A DNA stretch of 64,000 bases from a virus. Its lineage: Duplodnaviria > Caudoviricetes. The notes beneath the pieces are model-generated. The model saw nothing but the letters and a program-made list of their open reading frames with translations. It had not been told where the DNA came from and did no database searches. The DNA is taken from IMG/VR virus record IMGVR_UViG_3300032226_000551, positions 1 to 64,000 of that record. One strand, 5' to 3'. Below, piece by piece: positions 30,866 to 40,409 of this stretch (position 1 is its first letter; each line of letters starts with the position of its first letter). Made by a program: the position numbers and the translations under genes.

Positions 30866-31735
30866 ATGTCTGTATTACCCAATCCATTTCACGGAAGCAC
30901 AACTTTTAATTCAAAAATTAAAAGTTATGATCACTTGGCACAAAGAGTTAGAAGAACATTAGGCGAACCACTAGTTGAAATTGAGGTTAGTAGTGAGCAA
31001 ATGTATGAATTGATAGATATTGCTATCGAATGGTTTACTAAATTTTCTGGTGTAACCGAAGAATACTTGATTTTCCGTTCCGATTTATATGAAAGAGGAG
31101 TTGGATTAAGAATTGATAAATTGTTTAGCATAACTCCGGATATGAACAATTCATCTGACCCAACATTACCAGATAATTCAGAAGGTTATGATTTTGATTT
31201 AGATGATTATAGAAAAGTAATTGATGTTTTTTCATTAGAACAAGGAAATACAAGCGGTGTTAATACACTCTTTACAATTGAACACACAATTGCACAACAG
31301 GCTTATTTCGGACATCTTTTGGGTAATGTTGGTTATGATCTAGTAACATGGCACGTATTAAAAGATTGGTTGGACACAAGAGAAAAATTATTGGCATTAA
31401 AACCTTATGTTCGTTTTAATCCCGATAATCAAATTTTAAAATTAATTCCAGAACCAAATACTACATCTATATATTATGGTTTAATTGGATGCAAAGTACA
31501 AAAACCAATTAAAGATTTGGTTTCTCAACTTTGGGTTTTTAGATATACCACAGCACTAACTAAAATTGCAGTTGGACATGTAAGAGGAAAATATACAGGA
31601 ACTAATTTATTCGGTGGTCAAAGTGTTAATTATCAAGATTTATTAAGACAGGGTGAGAAAGAAAAAGATGAATTAGAAAAAGAATTAATGTCTAACTATG
31701 TTGATTCCGATCCTGTTAGATTCTTTATCGGTTGA
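30866..31735 (+). CDS. gp13: Neck protein (T4 gp13-like)
   Basis: RRTLGEPLVEIEV; WVFRYTTALTK...GKY...GG; C-terminal FFIG. Confidence 0.9.
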   Translation: MSVLPNPFHGSTTFNSKIKSYDHLAQRVRRTLGEPLVEIEVSSEQMYELIDIAIEWFTKFSGVTEEYLIFRSDLYERGVGLRIDKLFSITPDMNNSSDPTLPDNSEGYDFDLDDYRKVIDVFSLEQGNTSGVNTLFTIEHTIAQQAYFGHLLGNVGYDLVTWHVLKDWLDTREKLLALKPYVRFNPDNQILKLIPEPNTTSIYYGLIGCKVQKPIKDLVSQLWVFRYTTALTKIAVGHVRGKYTGTNLFGGQSVNYQDLLRQGEKEKDELEKELMSNYVDSDPVRFFIG

Positions 31736-32193
31736 TGAAATCTTTAGGTAAAAAAAATAGAAACTATACTCAAGGTATTTTTAAACCAAAAAATCCAAAA
31801 AAATATAAGGGTAGCTATCCGATAATATATAGAAGCTCTTTGGAACTTTCTTCATTTAGATTTTTAGATGATAGTAGCAATGTATTATCTTGGGGTTCCG
31901 AGTCTGTAATAATACCTTATGTATCTCCGAAAGATGGTCGCATACACCGATATTATGTTGATTTGGTGGCAGAAATAAAAATGAAAGACAACACAATTAA
32001 AAAAGTTTTAATTGAGGTTAAACCAGAAAAACAAACTAAACCACCAACAATAACAAACAGAAAAAAACAATCCACAATACTTTACGAAAAACATAACTAT
32101 GCAATCAATTTATCAAAGTGGAAATCTGCAAAAGAATGGTGTGATAAAAAGGGTTATGTTTTTTTAATTTTGAATGAAAACCATTTAAAATGA
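31735..32193 (+). CDS. gp4: Head completion nuclease (T4 gp4-like)
   Basis: FKPKNPKKYKG...YRSSLE...WGSE...HRYYVD...IEVKP; ATG overlaps gp13 stop (TGATG). Confidence 0.92.
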   Translation: MKSLGKKNRNYTQGIFKPKNPKKYKGSYPIIYRSSLELSSFRFLDDSSNVLSWGSESVIIPYVSPKDGRIHRYYVDLVAEIKMKDNTIKKVLIEVKPEKQTKPPTITNRKKQSTILYEKHNYAINLSKWKSAKEWCDKKGYVFLILNENHLK

Positions 32194-32222
32194 ACAAGTG
32201 TAGTATAAGTAATATTATTGAT

Positions 32223-32894
32223 ATGAGCAATACCTATAATCTATTAGTTGAATCTCCTAATTACGAATTGAAATATTTAGTTGAAGAAAAAAATAGAAAT
32301 TCACCTTCCAATCTTTTTATTCAAGGACCATTTTTAATGGCAGATAGACCAAATAGAAATAATAGAATTTATCCAAGACAACAAATGGTCGAAGAGGTTA
32401 ACAGATATTCATCTGAAATGATTGCAAATAGCAGATCAACAGGTGAGTTGAATCATCCAACTTCTCCCGAAGTTAATTTGGAAAGAGCTTGTCACATGGT
32501 TACTGAATTAAAACAAAACGGTGACATATTTGAAGGTAAGTCCAAAATTCTTTCTACTCCAATGGGACAAATTGTTCGTTCTTTAATTATGGACGGTGTT
32601 AAACTTGGAGTCTCTTCTAGAGCATTAGGACGTGTTGATGAAAATAAACAAGGTGTTGGTGTTGTTTCAGATTTCAGATTGGTTGCTATTGACGTAGTTG
32701 CCGACCCATCTGTTCCTACCGCATTTGTAAATGGTATTTTAGAATCAAAGAAATGGGTTCTTGCTGATACAGGAGAATTTGAACCATTTTATGAGAAGTT
32801 TGAAAAATCTATTTCTAAATTACCAAACAAAGAAAGAGATGCATATTTAAAAGAACAATTTATTACATTTATTAATGCAATAAAAAAACTTTAA
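32223..32894 (+). CDS. gp21: Prohead core protease (T4 gp21-like)
   Basis: NRNNRIYP, GELNHP, GVSSRALG, DVVADPS; start placed downstream of TATAAGTA (32204-32211). Confidence 0.95.
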   Translation: MSNTYNLLVESPNYELKYLVEEKNRNSPSNLFIQGPFLMADRPNRNNRIYPRQQMVEEVNRYSSEMIANSRSTGELNHPTSPEVNLERACHMVTELKQNGDIFEGKSKILSTPMGQIVRSLIMDGVKLGVSSRALGRVDENKQGVGVVSDFRLVAIDVVADPSVPTAFVNGILESKKWVLADTGEFEPFYEKFEKSISKLPNKERDAYLKEQFITFINAIKKL

Positions 32895-32927
32895 TTGTGA
32901 ATAAAAAAAGATAAATAATAATACATT

Positions 32928-33395
32928 ATGGAATTGCGAAAAGACATCTCTAAGTTTATAACACAAATTTGCGAAAAGAATTATTCTTCGGCAAATTCAA
33001 CACTTGAAACTTTAATTGAAAAAAAGTTAAAAGAAAAGGTTAAAAAAATGCACAAAGCATGTTGCGAAGAATGTGGCAAAAAGAAAAAGAAAAAGGTCGT
33101 TAAAGAAAATTTAGATGACAATGATTTCGGGGATTTCCCAGAACCTGAAGATACTCAAGATAGGATTCCAAATCTGTCAGAAGAACAACCAGAAGAAGAG
33201 GATTATATTATTAGTAGTTCCGGAACATTGGGAGGTAGAACAAGTGTCTCAATTTATGGCGGTAAACATTTAGCAACATTCGGTGACGAAGAATATGCCG
33301 AAAATTTTTTGAGAAAACGTATGGATCAAGAAAGTTTCTATCCGCGTGTTTGGTTCTTTGATGACCATGGTGGTTATACATTAAGAAAATTATAA
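32928..33395 (+). CDS. Hypothetical head-module protein (possible prohead core component)
   Basis: Between gp21 and gp22; late box upstream. Confidence 0.6.
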   Translation: MELRKDISKFITQICEKNYSSANSTLETLIEKKLKEKVKKMHKACCEECGKKKKKKVVKENLDDNDFGDFPEPEDTQDRIPNLSEEQPEEEDYIISSSGTLGGRTSVSIYGGKHLATFGDEEYAENFLRKRMDQESFYPRVWFFDDHGGYTLRKL

Positions 33396-33435
33396 TAAAT
33401 GTCATTCTTGAAAGGTAAATAATAATATACAGCTT

Positions 33436-34338
33436 ATGAATAAATTTGCAGAAATCTTAAAACAAGTCGATGAAAGCGTAATCAACGAAGAAACCGCCAA
33501 AGCAATCACTGAAGCTTTTGATAGCGCAGTTGAAGAAAAAGTAAACGCCAGAGTTACTTTGGAAATGGAAAGTGTTTTATCAAAACAAGACGAAGATCAT
33601 GCTAACAAACTTCAAAAACTTTTGGAAGCAATCGATACAGATCACACTGAAAAATTACAACAAGTTGTAAATGCTCTTACAGAAAATCATACTGGTAAAT
33701 TAAAAAATATTATCAGCTTTTATAAAAAGGCAATCAATGAAAAAGCCGAAAAATTTTCTGGTAAGATTGTTTCCGAAATTAGCAACTATCTAGATTTATA
33801 TTTGGATAAAAATGTTCCTAATTTACAATTAGAAGAAGCTGTTCAAAATACATATGCTCGCAAGCAGCTTGATAAAATTAGAGAATTGGTTGGAATTGAT
33901 CCCGATTACATTAACGAAAGCGTTAAATCGGTTGTTTCTAAAGGCAAATCTAAAATTGATGAGCTTAATGAAAAATTAAATGAAGCATACAAAGAAAATC
34001 ATTTATTGGCTGAAAAATTAAAAGTAAATGAATCCGCTTTTCTTATTGAAAAGAAAACAAAGGGTATGCCAACAGCTAAAAAAGAATTTATTACAAATTT
34101 ATTGAACGACAAAGATTCTTCTTATATTGAAGAGAATTTTAATTATGTCGTTGAGATGTTCGAACGTGGAGAGGAAGATAAATCTTCTGATTTGGTTCAA
34201 GAAGCTAAAGAAAGAGCTTTAAGTAGAGATGCTAAGATTCCTGCTAAAAATATTATCAAAGAATCTAAATCATCATCTGTTAAAACCAAAGAATTTAATC
34301 CGGTTTCGAACTATCTTAATGAACTTAGTAGATACTAA
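33436..34338 (+). CDS. gp22: Prohead scaffold (T4 gp22-like)
   Basis: Coiled-coil; AFDSAVEEKV, ISNYLD; immediately before gp23. Confidence 0.85.
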   Translation: MNKFAEILKQVDESVINEETAKAITEAFDSAVEEKVNARVTLEMESVLSKQDEDHANKLQKLLEAIDTDHTEKLQQVVNALTENHTGKLKNIISFYKKAINEKAEKFSGKIVSEISNYLDLYLDKNVPNLQLEEAVQNTYARKQLDKIRELVGIDPDYINESVKSVVSKGKSKIDELNEKLNEAYKENHLLAEKLKVNESAFLIEKKTKGMPTAKKEFITNLLNDKDSSYIEENFNYVVEMFERGEEDKSSDLVQEAKERALSRDAKIPAKNIIKESKSSSVKTKEFNPVSNYLNELSRY

Positions 34339-34394
34339 AAATTTCCAGTTGAAGAGAAGCATCTGCTTATCTTGATTCTATATCCATAGAAAGG

Positions 34395-34404
34395 TAAATA
34401 AATA
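34395..34404 (+). promoter_or_regulatory. Tandem late boxes TAAATAAATA before major capsid gene
   Basis: Second box ends 6 nt before ATG 34411; GAAAGGTAAATAA shared with gp22 upstream region. Confidence 0.7.
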
Positions 34405-34410
34405 TATATT

Positions 34411-35889
34411 ATGAGAAATGTTAATCCAGCCACAGGCTACATCGATAGATCCCGTGCTCAACAGCTAGTTGAAAAATGGTCCCCCGTACTCAATTATTCA
34501 TCCGATAAGGTTGCTCCAATTGAAGACGAACATGCCCGTTTAACAACTGCGATCCTAATGGAAAACCAAGAAAGATGGTGTATTGAAGAAGCAGGAGGTA
34601 ACTCTGCTGGTGTTGGTGGTGCTTTTGGCACACCCACTGGTTCTGCTCTTTATTCCCCACCCGGAACGGTTACAGCAGGAGATCGTTATGCAACAGGTGA
34701 CCAACGCTTACCAAAGGTTTTAATACCAATGGTTCGTCGTACATTCCCTGAGTTGATCACTAACGAAATCGTCGGCGTTCAGCCAATGAGTGGACCAGTA
34801 GGATTGGCCTTCGCTCTTCGTTACCGCTATGAGGCTGATAGCTTAGGTGCTAATGGACTTGATGGTTATGCTAATGGCAAAACCACAGTTGGAGGCGATT
34901 ATATTAATCGTTCTTACGCTACAAATTCATCTGGACCCGATGCCGGAAAAGGCAAAGAATTAGGCTATCAATACTTAGATACTAGATTTACTGGTACTAG
35001 CGCAAACTTCACCTCTATCGCAGACTTCCAAGTTTTGGATTCTGATAAAGGTGTCGCCGCTATTCTCAGTCAGTTCGAATTAACAGGCAACATTCCTCAA
35101 GTTACTGTTGAGTTCAGCAAAACAGCTGTTGAGGCTGGCACACGCCGCCTTGCTGCTCGTTGGTCTGTTGAACTTGAGCAAGACTTGAAGAACATGAATG
35201 GCCTCGATATCGACGGTGAATTAACAAACGCAATGTCGTATGAAATTCAAGCCGAAATCGACCGTGAAATGGTAATTCGTATGGTTCAAGTAGCCCTCAA
35301 TGCAGGTTCTCCGAATGGATACAGCTTCTGGTACGCCGCATCAGCTGACGCACGTTGGCTCGGTGAGCGTAATCGTGACTTCTACAGCAAAGTTATCGTT
35401 GAAGCCAACCGTATTGCTATCCGCAATCGTCGTGGTTCCGCTAACTTCATTATTGCAACACCTCGCGTGTGTGCAATTCTTGAGATGTTACCAGAGTTCC
35501 AATGGATGCCAGTAAACGGCAACGTCAACACACAACCAACAGGTATTGCCAAAGTTGGTTCACTTGGCGGACGTTTTACTGTCTACCGTGACACTCGTAC
35601 AGATGCTCAGTATCTCGATGGTCAACGTACAAACTCATTAGAATATGCCCTCTTAGGTTTCAAAGGTACAGAATATTATGACACTGGTATCGTCTATTGT
35701 CCTTATATTCCTGTCATGATCCAAAGAACAATCGGTCCTAACGACTTCTCTCCAAGAGTAGGTCTTATGACTCGTTATGGTGTAGTAGATCACATCTTCG
35801 GTGCGAATCTCTACTATCATATCATCATTGTTAAAGGTCTTGGCACTGAAGGTGCTTTTAAAGTTGATGCAGGTCGCATCTATCTCTAA
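34411..35889 (+). CDS. gp23: Major capsid protein (T4 gp23-like)
   Basis: IVGVQPMSGPVGLAFALR, WSVELEQDLK, YCPYIP, GLMTRYG. Confidence 0.98.
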   Translation: MRNVNPATGYIDRSRAQQLVEKWSPVLNYSSDKVAPIEDEHARLTTAILMENQERWCIEEAGGNSAGVGGAFGTPTGSALYSPPGTVTAGDRYATGDQRLPKVLIPMVRRTFPELITNEIVGVQPMSGPVGLAFALRYRYEADSLGANGLDGYANGKTTVGGDYINRSYATNSSGPDAGKGKELGYQYLDTRFTGTSANFTSIADFQVLDSDKGVAAILSQFELTGNIPQVTVEFSKTAVEAGTRRLAARWSVELEQDLKNMNGLDIDGELTNAMSYEIQAEIDREMVIRMVQVALNAGSPNGYSFWYAASADARWLGERNRDFYSKVIVEANRIAIRNRRGSANFIIATPRVCAILEMLPEFQWMPVNGNVNTQPTGIAKVGSLGGRFTVYRDTRTDAQYLDGQRTNSLEYALLGFKGTEYYDTGIVYCPYIPVMIQRTIGPNDFSPRVGLMTRYGVVDHIFGANLYYHIIIVKGLGTEGAFKVDAGRIYL

Positions 35890-35915
35890 TAAGTTAGATA
35901 CAAGGTCGAAAGCTC

Positions 35916-35950
35916 AAAAAAACCCCATTTCGAAAGAAATGGGGTTTTTT
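35916..35950 (+). terminator. Bidirectional intrinsic terminator after gp23
   Basis: AAAAAAACCCCATTTC-GAAA-GAAATGGGGTTTTTT between convergent genes. Confidence 0.92.
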
Positions 35951-35979
35951 ATTTTTAAAAATTAAAATAAAAAAATAAA

Positions 35980-36270
35980 TTAAACTGCGTTTAATTCACT
36001 TAAAAATTCTTCAAATCTTTTTTTATAGATTGAATCTAAATAATAGTTGAATCCCTTATTTGCCTTTAATTCTTCTATAAATTTGTTTTGTGTGTCAGGA
36101 TCTTGTAATTGAGACATTGTATTTCTGATATGTTGCTTTAAACCTTCCCAATCGTTCATATACGTGTCCGTAATATGCAAGTCTATGTTTTTAACCTGTC
36201 CATCCTTTGTTGCAAATGCAGCAGTTGGTGCTTCGTTTAATAGAGATTTTACTAATTTATCAAATTTCAT
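35980..36270 (-). CDS. Small late protein, candidate head internal protein
   Basis: MKFDKLVKSLLNEA; TAAGTA 7 nt upstream. Confidence 0.7.
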   Translation of the reverse strand: MKFDKLVKSLLNEAPTAAFATKDGQVKNIDLHITDTYMNDWEGLKQHIRNTMSQLQDPDTQNKFIEELKANKGFNYYLDSIYKKRFEEFLSELNAV

Positions 36271-36280
36271 ATAATAATAC

Positions 36281-36766
36281 TTATTCTTCTTTAGTGTCTT
36301 CTATTGCTACATCTATAACATCATCGTTATTTTTTTGTTTCTTGTCTCCCAAACCTTTTAATATCTCATCTCTAGATGCTATCAATATATTTGTAGTTTG
36401 TGGTATTTTAGAAGCGATCATCTTATTAGCTTCCAATTCTATTTTCTTTAATTCTAAATTACTTTTACTCTTTTTGTTTTGTAAGTTTATTTGATTTAAT
36501 GTATCTAATGCCTTCGTAGTTGCGTTTATAAGCTGTGAGAGCGCAGATATCTCTTTTGGGTCAACTCCAGTCAAAACACTATCTCTAATCGTTTGTACGG
36601 CTCCTAAACTCGCGCTAACAAGTTCTACGGACTTCTTATATACAAATGAATTTACATTATCATCTGTAACATCTTCTTTTTTATCGGTTGTAACCAAAGT
36701 GTTAGATGGAACAGAATCGCTTTTTAATTGTTCTATTATAGAATCTATTTCGTTATTATTTTCCAT
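36281..36766 (-). CDS. gp16: Terminase small subunit (gp16-like)
   Basis: PKEISALSQLINATTKALDTL...TTNILIASRDEILK resembles gp16 of marine T4-like phages; start moved to MENNNE. Confidence 0.65.
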   Translation of the reverse strand: MENNNEIDSIIEQLKSDSVPSNTLVTTDKKEDVTDDNVNSFVYKKSVELVSASLGAVQTIRDSVLTGVDPKEISALSQLINATTKALDTLNQINLQNKKSKSNLELKKIELEANKMIASKIPQTTNILIASRDEILKGLGDKKQKNNDDVIDVAIEDTKEE

Positions 36767-36800
36767 TGAATTGTAATTTGATGTAGTAAATATACTTAGT

Positions 36801-36986
36801 ATGATTACCGAAATATTTACAAACAATAATCAAGAATACCATATTCCAAGCGAATTGCCAACAAGTATATTAGCGGAATTGGATCCAGAATTGATTCAAA
36901 ATATCGATTCTGAAGAAAAATCGGATTCCGATGTACTGGAAGTAGTTTCGAAGAATTTTCAAGGTAAGCAGTTAATTATTGATTGA
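36801..36986 (+). CDS. Small acidic hypothetical protein
   Basis: 61 aa; TAAATA at 36787-36792. Confidence 0.6.
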   Translation: MITEIFTNNNQEYHIPSELPTSILAELDPELIQNIDSEEKSDSDVLEVVSKNFQGKQLIID

Positions 36987-37011
36987 TTTTATTGGTCATA
37001 TGCCTTAACAT
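36983..37011 (+). promoter_or_regulatory. Early promoter TTGATT-17-TAACAT
   Basis: -10 ends 6 nt before gp44 ATG. Confidence 0.55.
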
Positions 37012-37017
37012 ATAGGC

Positions 37018-37950
37018 ATGACAAAATACAATTCATTGTGGGTTGAGAAATATCGACCTTCGAAAATTACCGACATTATTTTGAATGACGGCAATAGGGA
37101 GTTTTTCAATAATTTGGATGAAAAGACTCCACATATATTTCTTTGGGGTGCACCGGGTGCAGGGAAAACCACCCTTGCTAAGATAATCGTAAACGACATA
37201 CTAAAATGTCAGTATCTCTACATCAATGCATCAGACGAAAACGGTGTCGATACTATCAGAAACAAGGTAATCTCTTTCTCTCAAACAAAATCATTGGATG
37301 GTAATATAAAAGTTATTATCTTAGATGAATCTGATGGATTAACTAATGAAAGCCAAAGAGTTCTTAGAAACGTCATGGAAGAATATTCCGAAAACGTTCG
37401 ATTCATTTTAACAGCAAATTATGCAAATAAAATAATCGAACCTATACAATCAAGATGTTTGGTTTTTAACATAAAACCAAATTTAGAAGAATCTTACAAT
37501 AGATGTTTATATATTTTACAAAATGAAAATATAAAAATCGATGATGATACGAAAACTCTATTAAAACCTTTTATTGAAAAGAGAAACTTGGATTTAAGAA
37601 GGTGTATAAATGATCTACAGAGATATTCTGTCGATGGGAAATTGAATTTAAATTCTTCTTTCTCTAATAGTAACATTCATGCACAACATATCATAAAATC
37701 ACTTTTATTAAAGGAATCTTGCTGGAATATAAGAAAATATGTTCTTTCTAATGAAATTAATTTCGATTATAATTATGGTAATCTCATGAAAGAGATGTTT
37801 GAAATATTATTCTCATCTAAAATACAAGGTAATATGAAGAAAATGATCCTATTAGAATTAGGAGAGCATATGTACCGAGATGTTTCGGTATTAGATCATG
37901 AAATTAACTTCTTTTGCTGTATTCTAGCTATAGAAAAAATTATGACTTAA
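37018..37950 (+). CDS. gp44: Clamp loader large subunit (T4 gp44/RFC-like)
   Basis: LWVEKYRP, GAPGAGKTT, INASDENG, ILDESD, IQSRC. Confidence 0.95.
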   Translation: MTKYNSLWVEKYRPSKITDIILNDGNREFFNNLDEKTPHIFLWGAPGAGKTTLAKIIVNDILKCQYLYINASDENGVDTIRNKVISFSQTKSLDGNIKVIILDESDGLTNESQRVLRNVMEEYSENVRFILTANYANKIIEPIQSRCLVFNIKPNLEESYNRCLYILQNENIKIDDDTKTLLKPFIEKRNLDLRRCINDLQRYSVDGKLNLNSSFSNSNIHAQHIIKSLLLKESCWNIRKYVLSNEINFDYNYGNLMKEMFEILFSSKIQGNMKKMILLELGEHMYRDVSVLDHEINFFCCILAIEKIMT

Positions 37951-38464
37951 TTTGTACGTTTTTAGTGGGTAGAGAATTATCTTCTGGTTGATTTCCCAAA
38001 TTTATATTAATTTGTACTACCTCTGGTTTAGTACCAATTGGTTTTTCGTATTTATTTGGAACACCTTGTACTGGTGGTAAATTAACACCGAAATCTAGAA
38101 CTTCTATAACCTCAAAGTCACCGGGTACGGTAAACTCTGACATTTCCGTTGGGGTATGAACCGATCTAGGGTCGCATTTTAAAATTAAGAACACATCCCC
38201 CGAACCTTCGTTTGTGTTTGCATCTTTTACGTTTTGTTCGGAACCACCACCAACAACTCTTTTAATAAAAAAGAAATAGTCTTGATCAACCATTGCTTTT
38301 AACCATTCGCAAAAAGCACTGTGTCCACCATAATGCTTTTTAAAGTATGGTGAATTAAAAAAACCACTTTTTATCTTAACTGGTGATCCTTCTCTGAATC
38401 CACCATTAGAAAAATGTGTAAAAGCAGTTTCGAGCAATGTATCAAATCTATTAAATTTTTTCAT
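37940..38464 (-). CDS. Hypothetical late protein
   Basis: MKKFNRFDTLLE; TAAATA upstream; alternative start 38470. Confidence 0.7.
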   Translation of the reverse strand: MKKFNRFDTLLETAFTHFSNGGFREGSPVKIKSGFFNSPYFKKHYGGHSAFCEWLKAMVDQDYFFFIKRVVGGGSEQNVKDANTNEGSGDVFLILKCDPRSVHTPTEMSEFTVPGDFEVIEVLDFGVNLPPVQGVPNKYEKPIGTKPEVVQININLGNQPEDNSLPTKNVQIKS

Positions 38465-38497
38465 ATCCATATATATTTACATAAGTATTTACCTAAT

Positions 38498-38998
38498 ATG
38501 GCTACAGTTCGACTAGATAATTTAATAAAACCTAGAATTAGAAACTCTAAAGAAACCAATTTAAAAAACGAGTATATTGAAAAACCAGCATTATACACTG
38601 ATTTAACATTGGATATGAGTGTATCCAAATCAATCGGTTCTGGTTTAAATGTAATTGATGCGGGTGATATTGCAGTTTCTAATGATGACGAGGCTATAAA
38701 AAATTCATTATACAATATCTTTTCTACTAAAAAGGGTCAAAAAATACTAAATCCTGAATTTGGTGCATCTTTGGATCAATATCTATTTGAAAATGTAAAT
38801 TCGTTTGTTGGAAATAGTTTGGGAAAAAATATATTCGATACTATTAAAAATTATGAACCGAGAATAAGGGTCCATAAAGTAGATGTGTATCCTCTTCCAG
38901 ATTTAAACCAATATACCGTAAAAATTTATTATTATAAGGTAAACGGAGAAGGAGCATTGAGTTTAAAATTAGATAGAAGTGGAATTATCATCGAATAA
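38498..38998 (+). CDS. gp25: Baseplate wedge/sheath initiator (T4 gp25-like)
   Basis: AIKNSLYNIFSTKKGQKILNPEFG...YLFE...YEPRI; start follows TAAGTA 38482-38487. Confidence 0.9.
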   Translation: MATVRLDNLIKPRIRNSKETNLKNEYIEKPALYTDLTLDMSVSKSIGSGLNVIDAGDIAVSNDDEAIKNSLYNIFSTKKGQKILNPEFGASLDQYLFENVNSFVGNSLGKNIFDTIKNYEPRIRVHKVDVYPLPDLNQYTVKIYYYKVNGEGALSLKLDRSGIIIE

Positions 38999-39009
38999 TA
39001 AGTATTGTT

Positions 39010-39447
39010 ATGTGGAAGAATATAATAGACATAGCCAAAACAGCAAAATCCATGTTAAGCAGTGGCGAAATACCTCCAAACACACCCGAAAACTATAAAG
39101 AGGATTTGAGCAAGGTAAATTTTTTAGCATCTAAAAAATTTTATGTGGTTTTTTGCTCTGTTATAATATTAAGTTTTTTCTATGCGGCGAGTATAATTGT
39201 TTTATTTTTAACCGCAGCACATCCTTCTTTAACAACAGCTTTTGTTAGTATTTTTAGCGAAACAATAAAAATATTAGCAGTAATTATAGCAAGTTATTTG
39301 GGTGTACAAACTGTTTTAGATTACAAAATGAATTCAAATTCTACTAATGAATATAAAACAAGCAATGAATATTCTAAAAAACAAATTGATGTAAACAAAG
39401 TTACCTATATTGAAACCAATTCAAAGGAAGATGATTATGAACTCTAA
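39010..39447 (+). CDS. Two-TM membrane protein, putative holin
   Basis: SKKF followed by two hydrophobic segments and a charged tail; overlaps lysozyme gene. Confidence 0.6.
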   Translation: MWKNIIDIAKTAKSMLSSGEIPPNTPENYKEDLSKVNFLASKKFYVVFCSVIILSFFYAASIIVLFLTAAHPSLTTAFVSIFSETIKILAVIIASYLGVQTVLDYKMNSNSTNEYKTSNEYSKKQIDVNKVTYIETNSKEDDYEL

Positions 39448-40054
39448 AAAACCATCTGAAAAAGCCTTAAATTTATTGTTTAAATACGAAGTAGGGGGAG
39501 GAAAGAATTATTATGATAAATATTTGTCCCACTTCACATGGCCCGGTGGGGCTTCTGGACCAACCATCGGTATCGGTATCGATTGCGCTTATTATACTCA
39601 AACAGAATTGCAAAAAATATTTGAGTTTTTACCAAGTGAACAAATAGAATTGATAAAAAAATCTAGTGGTAAAACCGGACAAGATGGGAAAGAGTATACA
39701 AAAACATTAAGACAATCCGGTATAGTTGTAGAATGGGAAGAAGCAGTTGAAATATTCAACAGTCTAACATGGAAAAAATTTTCAACATTGGCAGAAAAAA
39801 CATTCCCATCGCTAGATCAACTCTGTCCTGATGCATATGGTGCTATAGTGTCCCTCGTATTCAATCGAGGAACGAGCCTAAACGGTCCTTCTAGGCTCGA
39901 AATGAGAAAAATCAAGGAATTGATACCTTCCAAGGATTATAATTCAATAGCGAACGAAATTAGAAAAATGAAAAGGCTCTGGATGGGTAAAAATATGGCG
40001 GGACTATTAGAAAGAAGAGAATCGGAAGCTAAATTAGTAGAAAGTTGTGCTTAA
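39437..40054 (+). CDS. Pesticin-C/T4-lysozyme-like muramidase (putative endolysin)
   Basis: YEVGGG, GASGPTIGIGID, AIVSLVFNRG, GLLERRESEA; start 39431 or 39437. Confidence 0.8.
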   Translation: MNSKKPSEKALNLLFKYEVGGGKNYYDKYLSHFTWPGGASGPTIGIGIDCAYYTQTELQKIFEFLPSEQIELIKKSSGKTGQDGKEYTKTLRQSGIVVEWEEAVEIFNSLTWKKFSTLAEKTFPSLDQLCPDAYGAIVSLVFNRGTSLNGPSRLEMRKIKELIPSKDYNSIANEIRKMKRLWMGKNMAGLLERRESEAKLVESCA

Positions 40055-40055
40055 T

Positions 40056-40307
40056 ATGGAACTTTCTGAGGTATACGCAAAAAATGTTAAAAAAACAAGT
40101 GTCAGCAACTTATGTGTTGGTGGAAATATGCCAATTATTGAAAGAGATCCAAATTTGATTAAATTGGAAAGAGAGGTTTTTGCTAAAATGTTAGAAATAT
40201 CGCCACCAGAAGAAACCCCGCCAAGCAAAACCTCTAATTTGAGTATTAAAAATGTATCATTTGAGGATGCACTAAAAGAATTAGTAAGTATTAGAAATAA
40301 TTCTTAA
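40056..40307 (+). CDS. Hypothetical protein
   Basis: ATG just after lysozyme stop. Confidence 0.6.
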   Translation: MELSEVYAKNVKKTSVSNLCVGGNMPIIERDPNLIKLEREVFAKMLEISPPEETPPSKTSNLSIKNVSFEDALKELVSIRNNS

Positions 40308-40358
40308 ATATTCAGAAGTTTTCTTAAACATTATTAATTTATTCTCTCTATAAATTCA

Positions 40359-40386
40359 ATTATAATACAGATAAAAAAAATGTCAA
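40359..40386 (-). promoter_or_regulatory. Consensus sigma70 promoter TTGACA-16-TATAAT, antisense to lysis genes
   Basis: Minus strand reads TTGACA ttttttttatctgtat TATAAT. Confidence 0.75.
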
Positions 40387-40409
40387 CTGGTTTTTTTAAA
40401 ATTCCCAAA

